Below, one piece after another: positions 1-8,790 of a stretch of 18,846 bases of DNA. Within the stretch, counting starts at the first letter, position 1. Each line of letters opens with the position of its first letter. The notes beneath the pieces were generated by a model. It ran no database searches, was not told where the DNA came from, and saw only the letters and a list, made by a program, of their open reading frames with translations. The DNA is from an uncultured archaeon. GTDB lineage: Archaea; Asgardarchaeota; Heimdallarchaeia; Heimdallarchaeales; Kariarchaeaceae. The position numbers and the translations under genes were made by a program. The DNA is taken from assembly GCA_964645535.1 (NCBI GenBank), contig CAZYCQ010000022.1, positions 27,400 to 46,245 on the forward strand, written 5' to 3'.

Positions 1-2290
1 TTTGACTTGTATTGGTGGGCTGTGCTGTGTCCGTTGGCTGGCTTGTATTGGTGGGCTGTGCTGTGTCCGTTGGCTGGCTTGTATTGGTGGGTTGTCCTGT
101 ATCTGTCGGTTGACTGGTCACAATTTCATTTGAAATTAACAGGGAAAAGGTCTGATTGACCATGGCTTTTGTTTGATCGATGTATTCCACTCTCAGCACA
201 TGCATTCCGACACTCAATGCTGTAGTATCAACTATCACTGATGCAGGTGCGGTCAAAGACCCGCTTGCCAGCAATTGACTTGAATTGTCTATTTCGATGG
301 AGTAGTTCATCAGCGGTATTCCACCTAGGAACTGAATGGTGAAGTTGTCATACTGTTCCCTTTTCTGATCAAGACCCACTGGAAGTTCTACGGCAAGATT
401 ACTTATCTTTGGAAGAATTGAAAGCACATACAACGACGTAAAGGTGTATGCAATGTCGGAAGTGAAATCCGCGTGTTTTCCATATCCTCCATCATTATTT
501 CGCAAATCCCGAATATGGTTATATACCCCTGTAATATTGCTTGGTGTTGCATTGAGGATGTCAAGAGCCCTTACTGCTGCATAGGTGTAAACCGCATGGG
601 ATACGTTATTAGGGAGTACCACGTCATTCACACTTCTCTTAAACCCTCCATCTGCAACTTGAGATGATTTGAGGAATTCGACAGCTTTGGCCACATTGAA
701 TGTCATGTCCCCTAAGATGTTCAATGCCCTTACTGCCCTATAGGTGCTACTTACATCACTTATATCTCCAACAAACCCTCCAAAGCCTCCATCGGCTTGC
801 TGGGTACTTTTTAGAAAGTCTATTGCCGCTGTCCTGTTCAACGGAGCGGCTCCAAGGAGGTCAAGTGCGGCAATGCTTCGGTATGTTGATATCACATAGC
901 TTTGCGTTGCCGTTGGCGATTTTGCGAATCCCCCGTCAGCTTGCTGCAATGATTGGAGGAAACTGATGACTCCTGCCTTATTCGGGATCTCGACTCCCAA
1001 TTCATGGTAAATGGATACAGCCCTGAATGTTGATTCTGCATAGGATTGTGTCAATCCAAATCCATTGTCCTGATTTCTATATCTCTCCACATAAGCCAAC
1101 AATCCTGTAGGATCAGGCATGGTCTGTCCCATGATTCCATAGGCCATTACTGCATCAAAGGTTTCCCTTAAACTGGGTTCATCCTCTGGATTGGCTCCAA
1201 ATCCATCTTGCATGAACGGAAGATTCATCAGGAAATCCAAAACTCCCGTAATGTTGTTGGACTGCTTGTTGAGGACTGACAAGGATTTCAATGCATAGTA
1301 TGTCCCCTTAAGGGAAGAATCGACACTTGTCGGCTTCAATCTGTAGCCTCCATCAGCTGTCTGAAGTGAATGAATAAAATTCTCCACTTTCACAGGATCT
1401 ACTGGTCCTGATCCTAACAGATTGAGTGCAGTCAGCGCTCTCTCCGTATATGCGACCGATGCATTTGCCAAATAAGGACTGTCGGCAAACCCCCCTGTTG
1501 ATAGTTGCATACCCTGCAAAAATGTGATGGCTGCGGATGTATTTGCTAGGCTTCCTCCATAAGAGAAAATTGCCTCGATAGCATATGCCGAATGAACCAC
1601 TGTTGATGTCCAATAAATTCCCTTGAGTGAATTCGTCTGAAGGCCATATCCGCCTATCTCCACATTTGGAACGCTTGCAGGATTCAAATTCTGTGCATAG
1701 ACCAAAGAATCATTGATCTGTGTACTTGAGAAGATCGGTTCTCCAAGCAGATTGTAGGTAAGGACAGCTAAGCTCGTCGCGTAGATGTCTCCGTCAGTGT
1801 CTGAAAGATATGTCTTGAATTTTCCAGAAAAGGCAACAAACAACCGATCCAAAAATCCCTTTACCTTGGTTGTATTCAGGTTGGCATATCCCAACCAATT
1901 CAGAACCTGAACCGCCTTGAAGGTTGCAGAAACCGAACTCCTATCGCGTTTCCAATCGCCAAACCCCCCATTTGTATTCTCAAAGCTCAAGACCTGCGAT
2001 ATCAAGTAATCTTTCATTGATTGCGTCAGGTTGCTCAGATCTGGATCGATCTGAATCAGGGCACCAACCCTATAGAATATCCTGTCCAATGAACTGGCGT
2101 TATTCTCTTTAATATTCCTGATCGAATCAATGAATGATTTCGTCCTAGACCTTGTTACAAGATCCGGTGGGACATTCGCGTCCAATACCAAGGCATTTGC
2201 CTGCATGGTTTGGAATTCCGGAAGATTTGCGGGTTGCTGTCCTGCAACAAGCAGGATAGCTAGACCCATGACTAGAAATAGTTGTTTCAT
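1..2290 (-). CDS. Secreted prenyltransferase/squalene-oxidase-repeat (alpha/alpha barrel) protein with a C-terminal Ig-like region and T/S/Q/P-rich linker; 3'-partial, >763 aa
   Basis: Manual translation from ATG 2290 gives MKQLFLVMGLAILLVAGQQP (signal-peptide-like). Recurring repeats follow: VLSFENTNGGFGDW, FIHSLQTADGGYRL, RYRNQDNGFG, FLQSLQQADGGFA, FLKSTQQADGGFGG, FLKSSQVADGGFK, IRDLRNNDGGYG, each followed by an S..TY.A..L helix. The frame stayed the same at every point checked and runs off the left edge without a stop, which likely explains its absence from the ORF track. Confidence 0.85.
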   Translation of the reverse strand, partial: MKQLFLVMGLAILLVAGQQPANLPEFQTMQANALVLDANVPPDLVTRSRTKSFIDSIRNIKENNASSLDRIFYRVGALIQIDPDLSNLTQSMKDYLISQVLSFENTNGGFGDWKRDRSSVSATFKAVQVLNWLGYANLNTTKVKGFLDRLFVAFSGKFKTYLSDTDGDIYATSLAVLTYNLLGEPIFSSTQINDSLVYAQNLNPASVPNVEIGGYGLQTNSLKGIYWTSTVVHSAYAIEAIFSYGGSLANTSAAITFLQGMQLSTGGFADSPYLANASVAYTERALTALNLLGSGPVDPVKVENFIHSLQTADGGYRLKPTSVDSSLKGTYYALKSLSVLNKQSNNITGVLDFLMNLPFMQDGFGANPEDEPSLRETFDAVMAYGIMGQTMPDPTGLLAYVERYRNQDNGFGLTQSYAESTFRAVSIYHELGVEIPNKAGVISFLQSLQQADGGFAKSPTATQSYVISTYRSIAALDLLGAAPLNRTAAIDFLKSTQQADGGFGGFVGDISDVSSTYRAVRALNILGDMTFNVAKAVEFLKSSQVADGGFKRSVNDVVLPNNVSHAVYTYAAVRALDILNATPSNITGVYNHIRDLRNNDGGYGKHADFTSDIAYTFTSLYVLSILPKISNLAVELPVGLDQKREQYDNFTIQFLGGIPLMNYSIEIDNSSQLLASGSLTAPASVIVDTTALSVGMHVLRVEYIDQTKAMVNQTFSLLISNEIVTSQPTDTGQPTNTSQPTDTAQPTNTSQPTDTAQPTNTSQ
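2..118 (-). repeat. Coding tandem repeat, 36-bp unit (18-bp subunit), about 3 copies, encoding (TSQPTDT[A/G]QPTN)n
   Basis: cttgtattggtgggctgtgctgtgtccgttggctgg starts at 6 and 42, with a degenerate third copy at 78. It is in frame with the 1..2290 CDS. Confidence 0.95.
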
Positions 2291-2304
2291 AAATACGTAC
2301 CCCT

Positions 2305-2325
2305 ATGCGAATTTAAAACATTAAT
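2305..2325 (-). promoter_or_regulatory. Putative archaeal TATA box (TTTTAAAT) for a leaderless transcript of the prenyltransferase-repeat gene
   Basis: The minus strand reads tgTTTTAAATtcgcataggggtacgtatttATG, placing the TATA about 20 nt before the ATG. Confidence 0.5.
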
Positions 2326-2447
2326 AGGAACAAACTTTCCCACCTCCCTTCAAACTGAAGCAATCCTTTTCATGGCTCTCCCATACGATTTTCACTTCCA
2401 ACTATTTCAATGGCATCCCTCTCACTAGTTTTAGGTCAGTCCTATAC

Positions 2448-2515
2448 TAGAAATTATAAACCATGAACGAATCCTTTGGATATAGTAATTTTGCAGGCCA
2501 GAACCTGTCAGGAGT
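2448..2515 (+). promoter_or_regulatory. Putative BRE/TATA (agaaaTTATAAA) and GGAG ribosome-binding site of uvrA
   Basis: TTATAAA at 2454-2460 is preceded by a purine run. GGAG at 2511-2514 is 8 nt before ATG 2523. Confidence 0.5.
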
Positions 2516-2522
2516 CTTAATC

Positions 2523-5459
2523 ATGCAAGATAGAAAACTCCCCATCCCCCCTTTGGAAGACAGAAAGGAATGGATCATCGTCGAAGAGGCTAGGGAACAC
2601 AACCTCAAGGGAATCAATGTGGCAATCCCACGCAACCGGTTCGTGGTCATCACTGGCCTCTCGGGCAGCGGCAAGTCATCCCTTGCCATTGATACCCTTT
2701 TTGTCGAAGGGCAACGGAGGTTTGTTGAATCACTGAGCTCCTATGCCCGTCAGTTCCTCGGCCAGCTCGAAAAGCCGCATGTCAAGGCAATCTCCGGGCT
2801 CAGTCCGGCCATCTGCATTGAGCAGAAGACTTCTTCCCACAATCCACGTTCAACGGTAGCTACTGTGACTGAAATCATGGATTACCTGAGAATCATGTAT
2901 GCCACCATAGGTAAACCTCATTGTCCTGTCTGTGGAGACCCAATTACCGGTCTTTCTGCAGAGGAGATTGTGGATCAGATTCTTCAATGGCCGGAAAAGA
3001 CCCGGTTCAAGGTGATCGCTCCCATTGTGATCAATGAGAAGGGGACACACAAGAAACTCTTCGGACAGTTGAAGAAAGAGGGCTTTATCCGCCTCGAGGT
3101 AAACGGAAGGGAAGTCTCCTTGGATGACGAAATGCCAGAGCTGGATAAGAACTATCGGCATGACATCTCCATTGTCGTCGACCGGCTTGTCCTGAAAGAG
3201 GATATTCGCAGTCGATTGACCGATTCCATTGAAAAGGCCTTGGAACGGGCCAATGGTCAAGTCATTATCGAAATAGTTGACAAGAAAAATCCACGGAAGG
3301 TCACCTTCAATGAGTATGCAGGTTGTCCTAAGGATGGCATTTCCGTTCCTGAACTTACCCCTCGGATGTTCTCCTTCAACAATCCAATTGGTGCCTGTGA
3401 GGAATGCATGGGACTAGGGGTTGTCAGGCAGGTGGATCCAGCTCTCATCATTCCCGACCCATCCTTGAGCCTGAAAGAAGGCGCAATTGCCACAGTGCCC
3501 AACAACAGAGATTCTTGGCAATATCAGATGGTTAAGGCAGTGCTTGAACATTATGGGGCGACTGAAGACACTCCAATCAATAAGCTACCCAAAAAGGCCT
3601 ATCATGCACTTATCTGGGGAACAAATGAGAAAATCAAGCTCCGAGTCGCCAGAAGCGAAGAAGAGGCCAAACGAAAGAACAAATCCAGTTTCAGCTACGA
3701 GGCTGAACGCAGGGTTGAGGGTCAGGTCAACATCATCAAGAGACGATATCTGAGCACTACTTCCCCTGGAATGAGACGCTACTATGAACAGTTTATGGCG
3801 GACAATCCGTGTCAATCCTGCCATGGAATGAAGCTCAAACCCATCTTCCTCGGGGTCAAGGTCGGCGGAAAGAACATCATGGAGGTATCGCAATTCTCTG
3901 TGAAGGAAGCCATTCAGTTCTTTGATGCCATTGAACTCACGGAAAAAGAGAAGAAAATCATCGAACAGGTCATGAAAGAAATCAAGGGAAGATTGGGCTT
4001 CCTTGCCAGTGTCGGGCTTGAATATCTCACTCTTGACCGAAAGGCCTCAACCCTCTCTGGTGGTGAGGCTCAGCGCATCAGGTTGGCTACACAGATCGGA
4101 AGTCGTCTTGTCGGGGTCATGTATGTTCTTGATGAACCGTCCATCGGTCTGCATCAAAAGGACAATGAACGCCTCCTACGTACATTTCTTGAACTCAGGG
4201 ATCTGGGCAACAGCGTCATTGTCATTGAACATGATGAGGATACCATCCGGACTGCCGACTATATCATTGACATGGGCCCTGAAGCAGGAATTCACGGAGG
4301 AGAAGTGGTTGCAGCGGGGACTGTGGAGGATATTGAAAAACATGAAACCTCCCTGACAGGCAAATACCTCCGTGGAGAGCTCTCCATTCCGATCCCCAAG
4401 AAACGGAGAAAAGGAAACGGGAAATCTCTCTGGATTCGTGGTGCCCAACACAACAACCTCAAGAACATCGATGTCGAAATACCGTTGGGCAAGTTCATCG
4501 TTATCACTGGTGTCTCGGGAAGTGGCAAATCAAGCCTTATCAACGGAATCCTTTGGAAAGAGCTTGCTCGGGTGTTCAACCGTGCAACAGACCGTGCAGG
4601 TAAACATAAGAAGATTGAGAACATCGAGGCTCTTGACAAGGTGATCATGATTGACCAGAAACCGATTGGACGTACCCCCCGTAGCAATCCTGCAACTTAC
4701 ACAAAGGTATTCGATGAAATCCGCAACCTATTTGCCAACCTCCCAGAATCCAAAGTACGCGGGTTCAAACCCGGACGTTTCTCATTCAATGTCAAAGGTG
4801 GGCGGTGTGAAGCATGCCAAGGCAATGGTTACAACAAGATCGAAATGAGCTTCCTATCTGACGTCTATGTAGACTGTGAGGTCTGTCACGGAAAACGATT
4901 CAACAAGGAAACCCTTGAGATCAAATACAAAGGCAAATCCATCGCAGATATCTTGGATATGTCAATTGATGAAGCCGCTGATTTCTTCGAGAACATTCCC
5001 AAAATCAAACGAGTGCTCTCAACTCTTCAGGCAGTCGGCTGCGGCTATCTCAGACTGGGACAATCCGCAACTACGTTGTCCGGCGGAGAATCCCAACGGA
5101 TTAAGCTCTCCCGAGAACTTTCCAAACGGGCAACCGGAAAAACACTGATCCTCTTGGATGAACCCAGCACCGGTCTGCACATGCATGATGTCAAGAAATT
5201 ACTCGAAGTGCTCCACAAGCTGGTTGATCGAGGAAACACCATCATTACCATTGAACATAACCTTGACATCATCAAAAACGCCGACCATATCATTGACCTT
5301 GGTCCGGAAGGCGGTGATCAAGGTGGTGAAATCATTGCACAGGGTACCCCTGAAGAGGTTGCAAAGATTGACAGATCATATACCGGTCAATTCCTCCGAA
5401 AGGTGCTTCTCCCGAAACAAAGAGCGGTGGTCAAGAAAAAGGCAAAAAGAAAGGTCTAA
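2523..5459 (+). CDS. uvrA: Excinuclease ABC subunit A (UvrA), about 978 aa
   Basis: Hallmark motifs: AREHNLK, GLSGSGKSSLA, EGQRRFVESLSSYARQFL, LSGGEAQRIRLATQIGS, VLDEPSIGLH, GVSGSGKSSL, PIGRTPRSNPATYT, FSFNVKGGRCEAC, CxxC zinc fingers, LSGGESQRIKL. The start is placed at ATG 2523 because of the RBS; the ORF-track ATG 2463 lies directly against the TATA box. Confidence 0.98.
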   Translation: MQDRKLPIPPLEDRKEWIIVEEAREHNLKGINVAIPRNRFVVITGLSGSGKSSLAIDTLFVEGQRRFVESLSSYARQFLGQLEKPHVKAISGLSPAICIEQKTSSHNPRSTVATVTEIMDYLRIMYATIGKPHCPVCGDPITGLSAEEIVDQILQWPEKTRFKVIAPIVINEKGTHKKLFGQLKKEGFIRLEVNGREVSLDDEMPELDKNYRHDISIVVDRLVLKEDIRSRLTDSIEKALERANGQVIIEIVDKKNPRKVTFNEYAGCPKDGISVPELTPRMFSFNNPIGACEECMGLGVVRQVDPALIIPDPSLSLKEGAIATVPNNRDSWQYQMVKAVLEHYGATEDTPINKLPKKAYHALIWGTNEKIKLRVARSEEEAKRKNKSSFSYEAERRVEGQVNIIKRRYLSTTSPGMRRYYEQFMADNPCQSCHGMKLKPIFLGVKVGGKNIMEVSQFSVKEAIQFFDAIELTEKEKKIIEQVMKEIKGRLGFLASVGLEYLTLDRKASTLSGGEAQRIRLATQIGSRLVGVMYVLDEPSIGLHQKDNERLLRTFLELRDLGNSVIVIEHDEDTIRTADYIIDMGPEAGIHGGEVVAAGTVEDIEKHETSLTGKYLRGELSIPIPKKRRKGNGKSLWIRGAQHNNLKNIDVEIPLGKFIVITGVSGSGKSSLINGILWKELARVFNRATDRAGKHKKIENIEALDKVIMIDQKPIGRTPRSNPATYTKVFDEIRNLFANLPESKVRGFKPGRFSFNVKGGRCEACQGNGYNKIEMSFLSDVYVDCEVCHGKRFNKETLEIKYKGKSIADILDMSIDEAADFFENIPKIKRVLSTLQAVGCGYLRLGQSATTLSGGESQRIKLSRELSKRATGKTLILLDEPSTGLHMHDVKKLLEVLHKLVDRGNTIITIEHNLDIIKNADHIIDLGPEGGDQGGEIIAQGTPEEVAKIDRSYTGQFLRKVLLPKQRAVVKKKAKRKV

Positions 5460-5542
5460 TCTACTTTTCCCAAACTTATAGGAATCCAACTTAGAATCAG
5501 CATTCCTATGATTTCCAAATTCTCCACAATAAAGATTTTCAA
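5335..5542 (+). repeat. Direct repeat R1, copy a (uvrA 3' end plus convergent permease B 3' end)
   Basis: 5335-5446 matches 9459-9570 with 7 mismatches in 112 bp. 5472-5522 is identical to 9590-9640 (51 bp). Confidence 0.95.
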
Positions 5543-5713
5543 CAATCCGAAAGGTTGACTATACAATAATTGGTCGAGGGCTATTAAAGTAAATGCAAAT
5601 ATGAATGAAAGATTGAATATAATAATGAGGGATCGGTTAAGGATTGAAAAAAATCCCTTTTCTCCCATAGTTGAAAACTTGAGGTCTCTGATCCTTGACT
5701 TTTGTTTGAGTTG
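5456..5713 (-). pseudogene. C-terminal remnant of permease B (paralog of 9574..11880)
   Basis: QLKQKSRIRDLKFSTMGEK...SQPFGLLKIFIVENLEIIGMLILSWIPISLGKVD aligns with LLKYKLGNRGLKKSEMDDR...SQPLNLLKIFIVVNLEIIGMLILSWIPISFRKTA. About 2 kb of the 5' part is missing. Confidence 0.9.
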
Positions 5714-5716
5714 TCA

Positions 5717-6040
5717 TTACCTTTCCAATATTCCAACCCAGACATGCTTTTGGAAAGTTTCTGTATGAGATATCATTCTCCATGTCTTTCCTCTTTGGTG
5801 AAAAGCTTCCAACAAATCTGTCTGTTCTCCCTTGTCGATGTTTACTGTGAGTCATCAATTAGCACGATTTCTGAATCATTTGCAAACCCTATGATATGGA
5901 TATTCTCTGTTTTCCCCCCCCCATTCATTCCACCTTTGCATCAAGCAATAGCTTGAATGAAAGCAACTCACTTAACTCATCGATCCGCTTTCTGATCAAA
6001 GGTTATGTGCTTTTTGAAATTGAATATAATTCAGTTTTAT
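5717..6040 (-). pseudogene. Degraded ABC ATPase (paralog of 11891..12565) with Walker A deleted, frameshifts and stops
   Basis: Minus-strand pieces match the intact ATPase: IKLNYIQFQKAH ~ MKQDKIQFQRVY; RIDELSELLSFKLLLDAKVE ~ RIDELSELLSIKPLLDAKVE; GGE-QRIS; GFANDSEIVLIDD ~ GLVNDPEIVLADE; TVNIDK; AFHQRGKTWRMISH ~ GLHQRGKTLVMVSH. The start ATG has become ATA. Confidence 0.92.
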
Positions 6041-8650
6041 ACTTGCATCGTACCTTTTGAATTTGTAATATATTATGATTCCTCCCATGATTGCATAACC
6101 GATTGACCATCCAACTGCTTTCACTAACTCCTTCTCAAACAGCCATGGTATGCTTGGATAACTCGTTAACTTTCGTAAAAACCAAAATGTTCTCCACGAA
6201 TAGTACATTGCTCCAAAACTCATAGCAGATAGGAGAACGCCTATTATCTCGGTTTTGCGGTATTGTTCCAAAAATTTCCCCTTGTTCAGGCCACGTTGGT
6301 GAAGAATTTCCAAGATGTCTGGATGGATGATATTCAAAAGAACTGTTCCTACTGGAAAAACGACCAAGAATACCCAACAATGATTCATCCAATATTTAAT
6401 TTTATCTTGTAACTCTATTAAATAATAATGGGAATCGAATCCCCAATCATTCTCTCTCATGATTTTTCTTTGGGGATCAATTGATCTACTTAATTGAATT
6501 GTTGATGATGGGAATTTTGTCCCTAATTCCCTTTCTATAGTGTTGATGAGGGATGCTAGTTCCTCTGACTGAATATCGTCCTCCAGATCCAAGAAAAATC
6601 CAGATGCAGACATATTTTGTTCATTAGAACCAGTAATCTCCATATAAAGGTTCTTGGGCACGAATATGGCCTCTGAAAACATATATCCCACGTAAATTCC
6701 CGAAACTATTCCTTTTATTTTAATTTCTACTTCAAAACGAGAGAAATCATCAGTGGCAAACTCTAATTTAATTGTATCTCCAACCTGCAAATTCCATTTA
6801 ACTGCTAATGGTCCTGTTACAATCACTTCATTTTCTTTTATTTGGTTGAACAATTCCTTGGTGCCCAAAGGTTGGTATGTTCTCAGCACAAAGTTTTGCG
6901 AGCCCAAAATCAATCTAGAAAATGCTTTGAAATCGATTATCATTCCAGAAGTGAAATCAAAACCGGAGTAGATTGTTTCTGAGGAAAAAGGTACTGCCAA
7001 ATTTATGTCTTCCATATTGCTCAGGTTTTCTATGGCAGAAAACGGAGGATTACTTGGAATTGGAGACACTACTAAATCTCCTGGTGTGTACAAATCATCC
7101 TCGTTTTTAGGAGATTGGGTAAGACTTACAATAGTAAGGAAAATCAGGGCGAAGAGAACCCAATTTCTATAAGGTGCAAGATTTACTGGTTTTTTAACAA
7201 TCATTCCAACAGCCTGAATCCTCTGCTTCTTAATGGTTGGTATTTTTCTGTAGAACCCGGCAATGAAAAAGCTGTTCGCCAACATAAGTATTTGCAATAT
7301 ATTATTTATGCTTGACAACGGCACTGTCCATGGAACTATGATTGGAAGAAAATCAATAATAAGGAATATCAGTACCAAAAACTTCGAGCTAATCGTTTCA
7401 AACCGGTCGAGGAGGAAACTTTTGGGTGATGTTCTCTTTTTGGTCTCCATGGTGATTATCCGAGGTATCGAGATTTTTTCAGAAACTCCCCAACAAATGG
7501 CAGCAACTACGGTCATTAACGCAATTAATGCAGTCAAAATCCAAAACACATAGATGTTCATCCCAATGATCAAACGATCCAATCGAATCTCCAAAAACCT
7601 TATGCTCCAATAAAACAAAATGAATAAGATATCTACGGAAGCAATATTGGTCATGAAGATCAACAACAGAAACATTGAGCTTCTTTTTCTATCATATCCT
7701 CTGAAGTTCAGCATTTCGATTGTTCCTCTCAAATTCCTTCTTTGTTCTCGGATTGCAAGGACTAGTAAGCCCAAAAGCATGACTGTATTGAGAAAGTACA
7801 ATCTAAGACTGTCTCCTACGTTCCACAATAATTGTGATTCATAGTTGGCCAAAGCTTTTTCCAAATGAGGCAAAAATACAACCTCACTACTTTTGGATTC
7901 GGCTGCAAACAGTTGAACTTCTCTTGAGGCCTTGTTTGTAATATTTTTAACTTTCTTAATAAATCTGTTTGCATCTGGCATTTTTCCAATCCATCTGCTG
8001 TTAAACCATGCAAAGGAAATATTCCCTATGACCGGTAGGTATTTTAGCATATCCATATTTTTCCATGGCAAAATCATGAAATTAGTGGAAGAATAATTCA
8101 ATCCATTTTTAGTAAATGTAGACCTAAAATGTGACACCGTAAATTCATAAGACCCTTTATAAAATTGTTGTGAAATTTTTAACATGATTAGACTGTTTGC
8201 ATAGCGAATTGAATAGCCCGTCAGATTCAAATCTGTTAACATCTGATCCGAAATCGAAAAATTCAGATTCGATGAAGCAATTACCTCATCTTCCAATTCC
8301 GAAGAAAACAACAGAAGAACAGGCCTGCCTGGACCGAATTCCAATACTTGGTTGGAGAAGAACATCGAAGTGAGGTTGACGTTTTTATCAAGGGTTTCCA
8401 ACTTATCTTTTAATCCAATTATTTCGGTTACTGTTGTATCTTCATAAGAAAAAATAGGAAAGTAGGTAATATAAAGATCGAAAATTGGGTAATTACTAAA
8501 TCTCTGAAATTCTTCGACATCAACTTTGGAACTTTGAAGTTGAGGTGCCTGTACAGAAAGGAGTACCAATATGAACAGGATTGTGACTGATTTCCACTTT
8601 GTACGTCTGTAAGCTCTCAAAAGCGGAACAATTATGGAAAAAACCTTCAT
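5996..8650 (-). CDS. Permease A copy 1: large MacB/FtsX-like (type VII/ABC3) permease with two extracytoplasmic domains, about 884 aa
   Basis: Multiple hydrophobic segments. FtsX-type coupling motifs MLNFRGYDRKR and LHQRGLNKGK. MacB-PCD-like NEVIVTGPLAVKWNLQVGDTIKL. Full-length paralogy to 12562..15204. The start was moved to ATG 8650 (MKVFS...AYRRTKWK) because it aligns with the copy 2 start and lies 23 nt from a TATA box. Confidence 0.85.
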   Translation of the reverse strand: MKVFSIIVPLLRAYRRTKWKSVTILFILVLLSVQAPQLQSSKVDVEEFQRFSNYPIFDLYITYFPIFSYEDTTVTEIIGLKDKLETLDKNVNLTSMFFSNQVLEFGPGRPVLLLFSSELEDEVIASSNLNFSISDQMLTDLNLTGYSIRYANSLIMLKISQQFYKGSYEFTVSHFRSTFTKNGLNYSSTNFMILPWKNMDMLKYLPVIGNISFAWFNSRWIGKMPDANRFIKKVKNITNKASREVQLFAAESKSSEVVFLPHLEKALANYESQLLWNVGDSLRLYFLNTVMLLGLLVLAIREQRRNLRGTIEMLNFRGYDRKRSSMFLLLIFMTNIASVDILFILFYWSIRFLEIRLDRLIIGMNIYVFWILTALIALMTVVAAICWGVSEKISIPRIITMETKKRTSPKSFLLDRFETISSKFLVLIFLIIDFLPIIVPWTVPLSSINNILQILMLANSFFIAGFYRKIPTIKKQRIQAVGMIVKKPVNLAPYRNWVLFALIFLTIVSLTQSPKNEDDLYTPGDLVVSPIPSNPPFSAIENLSNMEDINLAVPFSSETIYSGFDFTSGMIIDFKAFSRLILGSQNFVLRTYQPLGTKELFNQIKENEVIVTGPLAVKWNLQVGDTIKLEFATDDFSRFEVEIKIKGIVSGIYVGYMFSEAIFVPKNLYMEITGSNEQNMSASGFFLDLEDDIQSEELASLINTIERELGTKFPSSTIQLSRSIDPQRKIMRENDWGFDSHYYLIELQDKIKYWMNHCWVFLVVFPVGTVLLNIIHPDILEILHQRGLNKGKFLEQYRKTEIIGVLLSAMSFGAMYYSWRTFWFLRKLTSYPSIPWLFEKELVKAVGWSIGYAIMGGIIIYYKFKRYDASIKLNYIQFQKAHNL

Positions 8651-8790
8651 TAATTGAATGGTTTTCTGAGTTAAATATAAATTTTGAGGAAATTTCAAAA
8701 ATTATGAATAAAATCAAAAAAAAAACAAGGATTTTTATATGCTTTTATAATGTAAAAATCACCTAATAAATCTAATTGGAGATGAATTCT
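8651..8790. promoter_or_regulatory. Divergent promoter region of module 1: minus TATA TTTATATT (8674-8681), A10 tract (8716-8725), plus TATA TTTTTATA (8732-8739), GGAG RBS (8778-8781)
   Basis: Same layout as 15205-15338, including a 22-bp block that is 21/22 identical between the modules. Confidence 0.7.

Noticed and set aside
2-118. 36-bp repeats as a CRISPR array
   Set aside because: The units are contiguous with no unique spacers, have a length divisible by 3, and encode an in-frame T/S/Q/P linker.
473-2324. Short ORFs 473-667, 700-966, 1353-1613, 1924-2112 and 2130-2324
   Set aside because: Antisense or off-frame shadows of the long minus-strand CDS starting at 2290.
2447-5481. Many 60-136 aa ORFs overlapping uvrA
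   Set aside because: Alternate-frame or antisense shadows with no recognisable motifs.
5637-5956. ORFs 5637-5858 (-) and 5702-5956 (+) as real genes
   Set aside because: They are off-frame or antisense readings of the ATPase and permease B pseudogene stubs.
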